A stretch of 64,000 bases of DNA from a virus, in IMG/VR virus record IMGVR_UViG_3300020438_004021, positions 1-64,000 of that record. One strand, 5' to 3'. A model generated the notes under the pieces. The model saw nothing but the letters and a program-made list of their open reading frames with translations. It ran no database searches and was not told the origin of the DNA. The position numbers and the translations under genes were made by a program. Of this stretch, positions 31,476-39,671 are shown piece after piece. Every line of letters begins with the position of its first letter. The stretch's first letter is position 1.

Positions 31476-32853
31476 GAAAACAATACTAGCGAACTTGGTG
31501 AATAACGACCCCTTCATGAGAAAGGTCCTACCGTTCATCAAAGAAGAATATTTTTCTGATAGAGTAGACAGAAAGGTATTCAAGGTGATTAATGAATTCG
31601 TGTCTAAGTACAAGAATGCTCCAGATAAAGATGCCTTATTCATCTGCATCTCAGAGTCTGGTGACATGTCTGAGTCTGAATTCAATGAAGCGAAGGAATT
31701 GATTAGAGACATCACATCTTACGATAATAAGGATGCAGATGATAAGTGGTTGATAGACAATACGGAGAAATTCTGTAAGGATAGGTCAATCTACAATGCC
31801 ATCTTGGAGTCGATATCAATCATAGATGGTAAGTCAGAGAATAGCAAGAATCATCTGCCTAAGCTGTTGCAAGATGCTCTATCTGTATCATTTGATGTGA
31901 GTGTCGGTCACGACTATGTGGAAGATTACGAGAACAGATATGATTTCTACCATAAGAGGGAAACGAGAATTCCATTCGACTTAGAATTCTTCAACAAGAT
32001 TACTAATAATGGTACTCCTCCTAAGACTCTCAATATCTGCCTTGCCGGAACAGGTGTTGGTAAGTCTCTCTACATGTGCCACCATGCCAGTAATTGTCTA
32101 ACTCAGGGTAAAAATGTCCTTTATATCACATGCGAGATGGCAGAAGAGAGAATCGCGGAGAGAATCGATGCTAACTTGATGGATATCACAATGGACGAGT
32201 TGAGAGATTTGCCCAAGACAATGTATGAAAAGAAGATTGATGCTGTGACTAAGGGGATGAGCGGTAAGTTAATCATTAAAGAGTACCCGACTGCCACTGC
32301 GAATGTCAATCACTTCCGTGCCTTGTTGGAGGAATTGAGTATGAAGAAGAAATTTAAACCCGATATCATCTTCATCGACTATCTAAATATTTGTTCAGCC
32401 GCAAGATTCACAAATGCTGCTAATGTCAACTCCTATATGTATGTGAAAGCAATTGCAGAGGAGTTAAGAGGTCTCGCAGTAGAACACGAAGTTCCCATCT
32501 TCTCTGCCACCCAGACCAATAGAACTGGGTTTTCAAGCACGGATGTGGGTCTGGAAGACACATCGGAGTCTTTCGGTCTTCCTGCGACAGCGGACTTCAT
32601 GTTCGCTTTGATTTCGACAGATGAGCTGGATTCAATGAATCAAATAATGGTAAAGCAATTGAAGAACCGATATAACGACCTTGTTTCTAACCGTAAATTC
32701 ATTATCGGTGTCAATAGAGCAAAGATGAAGTTGTACGATGTGAACAGTCTAGAGCAAGAAGACTTGGTATGTTCTGGACAGTCTACATATAGTAGGGATG
32801 ACCTTGATTCTAAGGTGAAGAAAGGTAAAGTATTTTCTGATTGGAATATTTAG
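31459..32853 (+). CDS. 41: replicative helicase gp41
   Basis: AGTGVGKS, EMAEERIAERID, IDYLNI, SESFGLPATAD and KQLKNRY motifs. Confidence 0.96.
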   Translation: MEVSTEKTILANLVNNDPFMRKVLPFIKEEYFSDRVDRKVFKVINEFVSKYKNAPDKDALFICISESGDMSESEFNEAKELIRDITSYDNKDADDKWLIDNTEKFCKDRSIYNAILESISIIDGKSENSKNHLPKLLQDALSVSFDVSVGHDYVEDYENRYDFYHKRETRIPFDLEFFNKITNNGTPPKTLNICLAGTGVGKSLYMCHHASNCLTQGKNVLYITCEMAEERIAERIDANLMDITMDELRDLPKTMYEKKIDAVTKGMSGKLIIKEYPTATANVNHFRALLEELSMKKKFKPDIIFIDYLNICSAARFTNAANVNSYMYVKAIAEELRGLAVEHEVPIFSATQTNRTGFSSTDVGLEDTSESFGLPATADFMFALISTDELDSMNQIMVKQLKNRYNDLVSNRKFIIGVNRAKMKLYDVNSLEQEDLVCSGQSTYSRDDLDSKVKKGKVFSDWNI

Positions 32854-32875
32854 AGATGTTTTTGGGAGAATTAAA

Positions 32876-33037
32876 ATGGATAAGAACATCGGTTATAGTA
32901 AGAAAGAACTAGAAGAGTGGAAGAAGTGGGCTGAAGAGTATGATAGCAGTGCTGGAGAGAAAGGTACTGACGAATTGATTAAGAACTATAAATCAAATAC
33001 ACCGGGTGAAACTGCTGACAATGAGCGTACTGACTGA
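32876..33037 (+). CDS. small hypothetical protein (MDKNIGYS...GTDELIKNYKSNTPG)
   Basis: GGAG RBS; 53 aa ORF filling the gap. Confidence 0.55.
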   Translation: MDKNIGYSKKELEEWKKWAEEYDSSAGEKGTDELIKNYKSNTPGETADNERTD

Positions 33038-34097
33038 CAAAAAATTCATTAATATCATATCTTCAGAGTTGAACAAATTCAAGTGGAAGAAAGACAATCT
33101 CGCCATTTGTAGATGTCCAATTTGTGGAGATTCCAAGAAGAACCCCAATAAATGCAGGGGTTACTTCTATCAGAAACACGGCAGGTACTTCTACAAGTGT
33201 CATAACTGTGGCTATTGGTCGAATATATATAATTTTCTTAAGGAGGTCTCTCCTAGTCTATGCAAGGAGTACTCCTTAGAGAATTTCAAGAATGGTATGA
33301 GCAATACCAAACGAAACAATAGCAAGAAGAATGACAAAAGTAGAGAGGAAAGTATGCTGAACATTAATTTTGGTAGGACTCCCAAAAGACCGAGAGATGG
33401 ATATAAAATCCTCGAAGGGTTGGAATGCCTCAAAGACTTGCCGGAAGAACACGAGGCAGCAAAATTCGCTAACCTCAGGATAATACCTAAGCAACATTGG
33501 AACCTTCTGTATTATACGGAAGACTTCGGTTCTTTGATGAGGAAGTTGGACCCTACTTGCCTTCCTGTGGGCAAAGAGTCGAGATTGGTGATACCGTTCT
33601 TCAACAAGAAGGGAGATGTGGTTGCTGTTCAGGGAAGAGCATTGAATATGAATGCCGAACACAATGCTAGGTCTACTGTTAAGTACATAACCGTTAAGGT
33701 GGATAAAAGCATAGACAGGTTGTGGTATGGTCTATGGAGATGTGACCCCAAGAAGACAGTGTATGTGGTCGAGGGACCGATCGACAGTCTCTTCATTCCT
33801 AACTCCATCGCCATGGTGGGGGCAGGAGCAATCAATAATATGCCTAGCAGATTGGTTGACAGCAATATGGTGTTTGCCCTAGATAATGAACCCAGAAATA
33901 AGCAGATAGTGCAATACAATGAAGAACTGGTCAGACAAGGCAAGAAAGTCTGCGTATGGCCTAAGGGTATAGAAGAAAAAGATATTAATGACATGTCCTA
34001 TAGTATTTCTACCAAGAAAATTAAGAAAATTATGGACGAGAATTCTTTCAGTGGACTTGAAGCAACCGCTAGGTTGAGGGAGTGGAAAAAAGTATGA
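33021..34097 (+). CDS. 61: DNA primase gp61
   Basis: CPICGDS...KCHNC zinc finger, RLVIPF, QGR, VEGPIDS, DNEPRN and KDIND motifs. Confidence 0.95.
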   Translation: MSVLTDKKFINIISSELNKFKWKKDNLAICRCPICGDSKKNPNKCRGYFYQKHGRYFYKCHNCGYWSNIYNFLKEVSPSLCKEYSLENFKNGMSNTKRNNSKKNDKSREESMLNINFGRTPKRPRDGYKILEGLECLKDLPEEHEAAKFANLRIIPKQHWNLLYYTEDFGSLMRKLDPTCLPVGKESRLVIPFFNKKGDVVAVQGRALNMNAEHNARSTVKYITVKVDKSIDRLWYGLWRCDPKKTVYVVEGPIDSLFIPNSIAMVGAGAINNMPSRLVDSNMVFALDNEPRNKQIVQYNEELVRQGKKVCVWPKGIEEKDINDMSYSISTKKIKKIMDENSFSGLEATARLREWKKV

Positions 34098-35179
34098 GTT
34101 ATAATTGCAAACTAGAATATCTTTGGTTAGATGGTTACAAGACCTCCAATTTGAGAAGCAAGACAAAATATGTCAACCTTCCTGCTGAGTCTGGAGTACT
34201 AAGTATAGATGACATCCCAGAGTGGGGATTTGATGGTTCCAGTACTGAGCAGGCAGACGGGGATAACAGCGATTGCATCCTGAGACCCGTTTCCCTCTTT
34301 AATAATACTGTAGACGCTATTGCGGGTACTAACTCCTATATTGTGATGTGTGAGGTGTTCAACACTGATGGTACACCCCACAAGTCCAATACAAGAGCAC
34401 TTCTCCGTTCCTACATTGAAGATGGAGAGGACAAAGAAATTACTGATGGGATGTGGTTCGGCATAGAACAAGAGTACACCATCATGGACCCTAAGAGCGG
34501 AAGACCTCTCGGATGGCCCGAATCAAGATTTGAATACCCTGCTCCTCAAGGTAGATATTATTGTGGGGTGGGTGGTGATGTTGTCAAGATGAGACAATTG
34601 GTACATGAACATGCCATGTGTTGCATTACCGCAGGAATCCCACTATGTGGTACTAACGCAGAAGTCATGTTGGGTCAATGGGAATATCAAGTAGGACCAC
34701 AGTCTGCACTTAAGATATGTGACTCCCTTTGGGTAGCAAGATACATGCTTGAAGTCCTAGCAGAAACGCAGGATGTTTACATTAGTTTGGACCCCAAGTT
34801 GATCACTGGTGATTGGAACGGTTCAGGTGCTCATATTAACTTTTCCACATCTTATATGAGAGATCAGGGTGGTGAAGAGTACATAGAGAACATTTGCAAG
34901 TCACTAGGTGAGAAGCACGATTGGCACATTGCTAATTACGGAGATGGAAACGAAGACAGATTGACTGGTTCCCATGAAACACAGCACATAAGCAAGTTCT
35001 CATATGGAGACTCTGACAGAAGTGCTAGTATTAGAGTGCCTTCTTCTACGGCATCCAATAAGAAAGGGTATCTTGAAGACAGAAGACCTGCCTCTAACAT
35101 GGATCCCTATAGAGCGGTTAGATGTCTGGTAAGTACCATAAGTGTGGTAGATGCAGAACACCAGTGGCAGACTGTTTGA
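34094..35179 (+). CDS. glnII: glutamine synthetase type II
   Basis: EYLWLDG, LRSKT, W.FDGSST.QA, GIEQEY, NAEVM.GQWEYQVGP, GDWNGSGAH and EDRRPASN.DPY motifs. Confidence 0.92.
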   Translation: MSYNCKLEYLWLDGYKTSNLRSKTKYVNLPAESGVLSIDDIPEWGFDGSSTEQADGDNSDCILRPVSLFNNTVDAIAGTNSYIVMCEVFNTDGTPHKSNTRALLRSYIEDGEDKEITDGMWFGIEQEYTIMDPKSGRPLGWPESRFEYPAPQGRYYCGVGGDVVKMRQLVHEHAMCCITAGIPLCGTNAEVMLGQWEYQVGPQSALKICDSLWVARYMLEVLAETQDVYISLDPKLITGDWNGSGAHINFSTSYMRDQGGEEYIENICKSLGEKHDWHIANYGDGNEDRLTGSHETQHISKFSYGDSDRSASIRVPSSTASNKKGYLEDRRPASNMDPYRAVRCLVSTISVVDAEHQWQTV

Positions 35180-35943
35180 TGAATAAAGAAGACGTTCTAG
35201 ATAATGGTTCAGTGCAATATGTAGACCATATGGGGTCTGACTTAACGATAGTTAATTCTGCACGTGTCTCATTCGATAGCGAGTCTGACTGGGTGGTTGA
35301 TGAGGAGGTAGAAAGTAGACTCAAGAGAACTAATTCTACCTTCAGACCCTCAGACATTTACAAATTATCAGACAGAGATGCTAAACTGATTAAATACCTT
35401 GCTAGACACAATCACTGGACTCCTTTTGCCCATCCTCAAATCACTCTTAGGATTAAAGCACCGGTGAGCATAAGGACTCAATTTTTCAAACATAAACAAG
35501 GATTCGTTGAAAACGAGATATCCAGACGATACGTGGATTTCGAACCAGAGTTCTACATCCCCAAGTTCAGGAAAAGACCTGAGAAGGGAATGAAGCAGGG
35601 GAGTGATGGTTGGTTGGAATGCGTAGACGGTGGTGGTGAGACCTCAGGTGGATTTGCTACCCACCATCTTTATGAGAAATATGAGGGTCTGATGAGGAAT
35701 GCATTGAATGTTTATGATGAATTAATCGCTTCTAATGTAGCACCAGAACAGGCAAGATTCGCACTTCCCCAGTCAATGTATACTGAATGGTATTGGACTG
35801 GTTCACTAGCAGCCTATGCTAGGTTCTATAAGCAAAGAATTGACGACCACGCACAGTGGGAAATACAACAATACGCCGAGAAAATTGGTAATATTATCAG
35901 ACCTCTCTTCCCAAATTCTTGGTCAGAGATTGCGTCCAGTTGA
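35179..35943 (+). CDS. thyX: flavin-dependent thymidylate synthase
   Basis: IVNSARVS, HWTPF, NEISRRYV, EQAR..LPQ and AQWEI motifs. Confidence 0.93.
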   Translation: MNKEDVLDNGSVQYVDHMGSDLTIVNSARVSFDSESDWVVDEEVESRLKRTNSTFRPSDIYKLSDRDAKLIKYLARHNHWTPFAHPQITLRIKAPVSIRTQFFKHKQGFVENEISRRYVDFEPEFYIPKFRKRPEKGMKQGSDGWLECVDGGGETSGGFATHHLYEKYEGLMRNALNVYDELIASNVAPEQARFALPQSMYTEWYWTGSLAAYARFYKQRIDDHAQWEIQQYAEKIGNIIRPLFPNSWSEIASS

Positions 35944-35999
35944 TAAAACGTATAGATATAAATGCGTCTTCAAGGAATAAAATGAAAGGACAACAGTAG

Positions 36000-37937
36000 A
36001 TGATAGAATTACCAACACCATATCAACAGTTTATCCACCTCTCTAGATACAGTAGATGGTTAGATGAAGAAGGAAGAAGAGAGACTTGGGAGGAAACTGT
36101 TGATAGGTATATCGGTTTCTTTAGAGAACACCTAGAGAAGACTTTAGGTTATAAGATGAGTAAAAATACAGAGAAGACTATGAGAGATTCTATCTTGAAT
36201 CTAGAAGTCATGCCTTCAATGCGTTGTTTGATGACTGCTGGTGAGGCACTTAAGAAAGACGCAGTAGCTGGGTACAATTGTTCATACCTGGCAATCGATA
36301 GGGTGAGAGCATTTGATGAAGTCCTTTATGCCCTCATGTGTGGCACAGGTGTTGGTTTTTCAGTGGAGAGAGAGTATGTATCTAAACTACCCACTATTGC
36401 AGAAGAATTTGAAGAATCAGATTCTACTCTTGTTGTTCAAGATTCTAGAATTGGTTGGTGTAAGGCATATCGGGAGCTTGTATCTCTACTCATTACAGGT
36501 CGTGTACCAAAATGGGACATGTCACGTGTTCGTCCTGCCGGGTCGAGACTTAAGACTTTCGGCGGTAGAAGCTCCGGACCGGAGAGTCTATCTGATTTAT
36601 TTCAATTCACAGTCGAGGTCTTTAAAAAGGCTTCTGGAAGAAAACTTACCACCATTGAATGCCACGATCTCGTATGCAAGATTGCAGAAATTGTTGTAGT
36701 CGGTGGTGTAAGAAGGTCCGCACTCCTCAGTCTTTCCTCCCTGACAGACGAGAGAATGAGAGATGCCAAGCAGGGACAATGGTGGGTGATTGAACCACAA
36801 CGTGCGTTATCCAACAATTCGGTATGCTATAAAGAAAAACCTGAAATCGGGACCTTCATAGAAGAGTGGTTAGCACTATATAAATCGAAGTCTGGTGAAA
36901 GAGGTATCTTCAACAGAGCATCAGCACAAAAGACTGTATCTCAGATACAAGGTGGAAGAAGGGAATCTAACCATGACTTTGGGACGAATCCTTGCTCTGA
37001 AATCATACTTAGAGACAGAGAGTTTTGTAATCTGTCTGAGGTTGTCGCTAGACATGATGATACCATAGAGACTCTTAAGCAGAAGGTAAGGTTAGCATCC
37101 ATTATAGGAACTTGGCAATCGACCCTTACAGACTTCAGATACCTATCAGCAGAATGGAAGAACAATTGTGAGGAAGAAAGACTGCTTGGTGTCTCCATAA
37201 CGGGCATTATGGACTCTGCTCTCTTAAATGGAGATAAGAAGTCGGTATCAGCACTACCTGCTCTTCTGGAAGAACTCAGAGATATCGCTGTTAAGACCAA
37301 TAAAGAGTGGGCATCCAGACTGGGAATTAACCCATCAGCAGCCATCACATGTGTTAAACCGTCTGGTACTGTTTCACAGCTTGTCGATTCTGCCTCTGGT
37401 ATTCATGCTAGACATAACCCTTATTATGTAAGGACCGTCCGTGCCAATACCAAAGACCCTCTATGCAAGTTCATGATAGAAAAGGGGTTCCCACATGAGC
37501 CTTGCCACATGAAGTCTGACACCACTATGGTATTTTCATTCCCAGTAGAGTCTCCCAAAAGAGCAATTTTCAGACAAGATATGTCCGCTATCGAGCAGTT
37601 GGACCTTTGGATGATATATCAGAAGCACTGGTGTGAGCATAAGCCGAGTGTTACTATCTCAGTCCAAGAGGGTGAATGGTTGGACGTTGGTACTTGGGTT
37701 TACAATAACTTCGATGATGTGTGTGGAGTATCTTTCTTGCCATTCAGCGACCACTCATATAAGCAAGCACCCTATCAGGACTGCACCAAAGAAGAGTACA
37801 AGCAGCTCCTTAAGCAGATGCCAAAAGATGTGGACTGGGATGAACTGACTGCATATGAGAAGGAAGACAACACGGCTGGCAGTCAAACACTAGCCTGTTC
37901 TGGCACTTCCTGCGAGGTAGTTGACCTAACCTCATAA
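36000..37937 (+). CDS. nrdJ: class II (B12-dependent) ribonucleotide reductase
   Basis: MPSMR, GGVRRSA, TNPCSEI, TCVKPSGT, EHKPSVT and C-terminal AC.G..CE motifs. Confidence 0.92.
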   Translation: MIELPTPYQQFIHLSRYSRWLDEEGRRETWEETVDRYIGFFREHLEKTLGYKMSKNTEKTMRDSILNLEVMPSMRCLMTAGEALKKDAVAGYNCSYLAIDRVRAFDEVLYALMCGTGVGFSVEREYVSKLPTIAEEFEESDSTLVVQDSRIGWCKAYRELVSLLITGRVPKWDMSRVRPAGSRLKTFGGRSSGPESLSDLFQFTVEVFKKASGRKLTTIECHDLVCKIAEIVVVGGVRRSALLSLSSLTDERMRDAKQGQWWVIEPQRALSNNSVCYKEKPEIGTFIEEWLALYKSKSGERGIFNRASAQKTVSQIQGGRRESNHDFGTNPCSEIILRDREFCNLSEVVARHDDTIETLKQKVRLASIIGTWQSTLTDFRYLSAEWKNNCEEERLLGVSITGIMDSALLNGDKKSVSALPALLEELRDIAVKTNKEWASRLGINPSAAITCVKPSGTVSQLVDSASGIHARHNPYYVRTVRANTKDPLCKFMIEKGFPHEPCHMKSDTTMVFSFPVESPKRAIFRQDMSAIEQLDLWMIYQKHWCEHKPSVTISVQEGEWLDVGTWVYNNFDDVCGVSFLPFSDHSYKQAPYQDCTKEEYKQLLKQMPKDVDWDELTAYEKEDNTAGSQTLACSGTSCEVVDLTS

Positions 37938-37941
37938 ATTT

Positions 37942-37949
37942 TATAAATA
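37942..37949 (+). promoter_or_regulatory. T4-type late promoter
   Basis: TATAAATA directly after the nrdJ stop. Confidence 0.7.
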
Positions 37950-37954
37950 TTCGC

Positions 37955-38030
37955 TTACGGGTTAATTTTACCCTAGGGGACACGTTGTCCCCACCATTTT
38001 TAAATGGGGACTGGAGTTGGTCCCTATTGC
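37955..38030 (+). promoter_or_regulatory. structured 5' leader with alternative hairpins
   Basis: GGGT/ACCC, GGGGACA/TGTCCCC and GGGAC/GTCCC hairpins, plus the alternative GTCCCCA/TGGGGAC pairing. Confidence 0.5.
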
Positions 38031-38051
38031 TCAAACACAAGGAGAAATCTT

Positions 38052-38249
38052 ATGAGCACCAAGTCTAAAGAGTCTTGCCCCGCGATGGGATGCAGCGACG
38101 CAGTTACTCGTACCTTAGGTAAGGTCGGAGTTTGTCGTAGCATGCTAATCACATTAGCACTACTTCCATACTCATGGAACGGTGTAGTATGGATTGCTGA
38201 TGCACTTCATTCACTTTGGAATGCTGCCACTAACGCAGTTGGAACCTGA
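38052..38249 (+). CDS. small membrane protein
   Basis: AAGGAG RBS; Cys-containing N-terminus, hydrophobic core. Confidence 0.7.
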   Translation: MSTKSKESCPAMGCSDAVTRTLGKVGVCRSMLITLALLPYSWNGVVWIADALHSLWNAATNAVGT

Positions 38250-38279
38250 ATCGCTTAAGCGATTCAAGGAGATAATCCT

Positions 38280-39449
38280 ATGAATATTTCAAAGAAAAAA
38301 TGGATGATGTACGGTGGTATTGCCGCTGCTATTCTAATCGCTTCGGTCGCGGTTGCTGATGGACCTTCATATGAAGACCTTCAGGCCCGTCTAGACGCAG
38401 CAGAGGCAAAGATCGCACAAATTGATTCCGACCGTGCTCCAAGCTGGTTGGAAAGCAGACGTAGTGAAGAAGTTCAATCGCTAGTGCAAGATGTCCTTGC
38501 CGATGCAGAAGCACGAACGATGATGCAGGGAGACAATTCCCCAATCACCGTCAATCTTCATGGATTTGCCATTACTCGTTGGGATTATAACAACGGTGGT
38601 GGTGTGGCAAGAAATAATGAATTCAGCATTCCATATGCTCGACTTGAAGTCTCAGGAGATATCCTAGACAAGGTTGGGTACTATGTCAGTGGTGAATATA
38701 GTGATTACACGAATGGCAGCATGGATCTTGTCGATGCCTACCTCACAATGGATGTGGGTCTGGGAGTAGACATGAAGGCTGGTCAGTTCGTGACTGCATT
38801 CTACCGAGGTTTCACTGATTCACCATTGGATCAGATCGCGGGAGAGTACAGCATTCTTGCTACCACTTTTGGTCAAGGACGATCGCAGGGTCTTCAATTC
38901 GCCAAGGATTTTGGTTGGTTGAATCTCTCTGCCTCTTATAACGACGGTTTCGATACCAGCAATTCCTTCATTGTGGACAACGACTACGGTGTCAGTGTTC
39001 GTGGTGACGTGGATTTTGGTGCTGGATTCCGTGCAGGTGCAGCATACGCCTATCAGTCAGAACTTGAAGATTACGGTACTTACACCGTGGACTTCGGGTA
39101 TTCTACCGATAAGCTAGATGCACAGGTCTCATGGGTTTCTGCCGACTATGCTGTCGGTGGGTACGGTGACAATTATGGTTTTAATGCCAGTGTTGCCTAT
39201 CGTTGTGCCGCCGACTTTACTGGTTTCGTTAATTATCAATGGGGCAAACTAGGGTTTGCTTCTGAAGATCTTAACGTGCTGGAAATCGGTGCTAACTACG
39301 ATATCAACGAATACGTTCGTTGGACCACCACCTTGGGTTATGCATTTGATGCCGTAGCCCCAGAGTGGAATACCGCTCGTTCTGGATGGAACAGCGGTTC
39401 GGAGAATGGTCAGTATCTACTGCGTACACAGCTTAGTGTAAGCTTCTGA
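38280..39449 (+). CDS. outer-membrane porin, Phycisphaerales-like
   Basis: signal peptide, coiled coil, WL..RR.EE...LVQDVLADA..R motif, amphipathic beta strands, C-terminal Phe (RTQLSVSF). Confidence 0.8.
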   Translation: MNISKKKWMMYGGIAAAILIASVAVADGPSYEDLQARLDAAEAKIAQIDSDRAPSWLESRRSEEVQSLVQDVLADAEARTMMQGDNSPITVNLHGFAITRWDYNNGGGVARNNEFSIPYARLEVSGDILDKVGYYVSGEYSDYTNGSMDLVDAYLTMDVGLGVDMKAGQFVTAFYRGFTDSPLDQIAGEYSILATTFGQGRSQGLQFAKDFGWLNLSASYNDGFDTSNSFIVDNDYGVSVRGDVDFGAGFRAGAAYAYQSELEDYGTYTVDFGYSTDKLDAQVSWVSADYAVGGYGDNYGFNASVAYRCAADFTGFVNYQWGKLGFASEDLNVLEIGANYDINEYVRWTTTLGYAFDAVAPEWNTARSGWNSGSENGQYLLRTQLSVSF

Positions 39450-39484
39450 TCTGTACGAGGGTCCCGCCCCTCGACACTTCACAG

Positions 39485-39519
39485 GAAAGGCCCTACCCTT
39501 CGGGGTGGGGTCTTTCTTT
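39485..39519 (+). terminator. rho-independent terminator
   Basis: GAAAGGCCCTACCC-TTCG-GGGTGGGGTCTTTC-TTT. Confidence 0.85.
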
Positions 39520-39526
39520 ATATACC

Positions 39527-39553
39527 CCCTTCCTGATATCAGAAAGGCATATA
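39527..39553. repeat. near-perfect palindrome, repeated at 50146
   Basis: CCCTTCCTGATATCAGAAAGG-CATATA. Confidence 0.75.
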
Positions 39554-39580
39554 CCACCCCTTGTATATCCCTCCAGAAAC

Positions 39581-39602
39581 CATATACAACCGGTTGTATA
39601 TG
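39581..39602. repeat. perfect 22-bp palindrome
   Basis: CATATACAACCGGTTGTATATG. Confidence 0.9.
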
Positions 39603-39636
39603 ACTAAAATATGTCAGGAGAATATCGGGAAGGTAC

Positions 39637-39665
39637 TTGACAGAAGAACTCCGGTATGATCTAAT
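39637..39665 (+). promoter_or_regulatory. sigma70-type early promoter, probably leaderless
   Basis: TTGACA-N17-TCTAAT with TG; ATG 6 nt downstream. Confidence 0.7.
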
Positions 39666-39671
39666 GGGAGT

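Noticed and set aside
27341-37937. Introns or inteins in gp43, gp41 or nrdJ
   Set aside because: The ORFs are continuous, of normal length, and show no intein motifs.
38006-38028. Similarity of GGTCCCTAT to 23S domain V
   Set aside because: Only ~9 nt match; compatible with chance.
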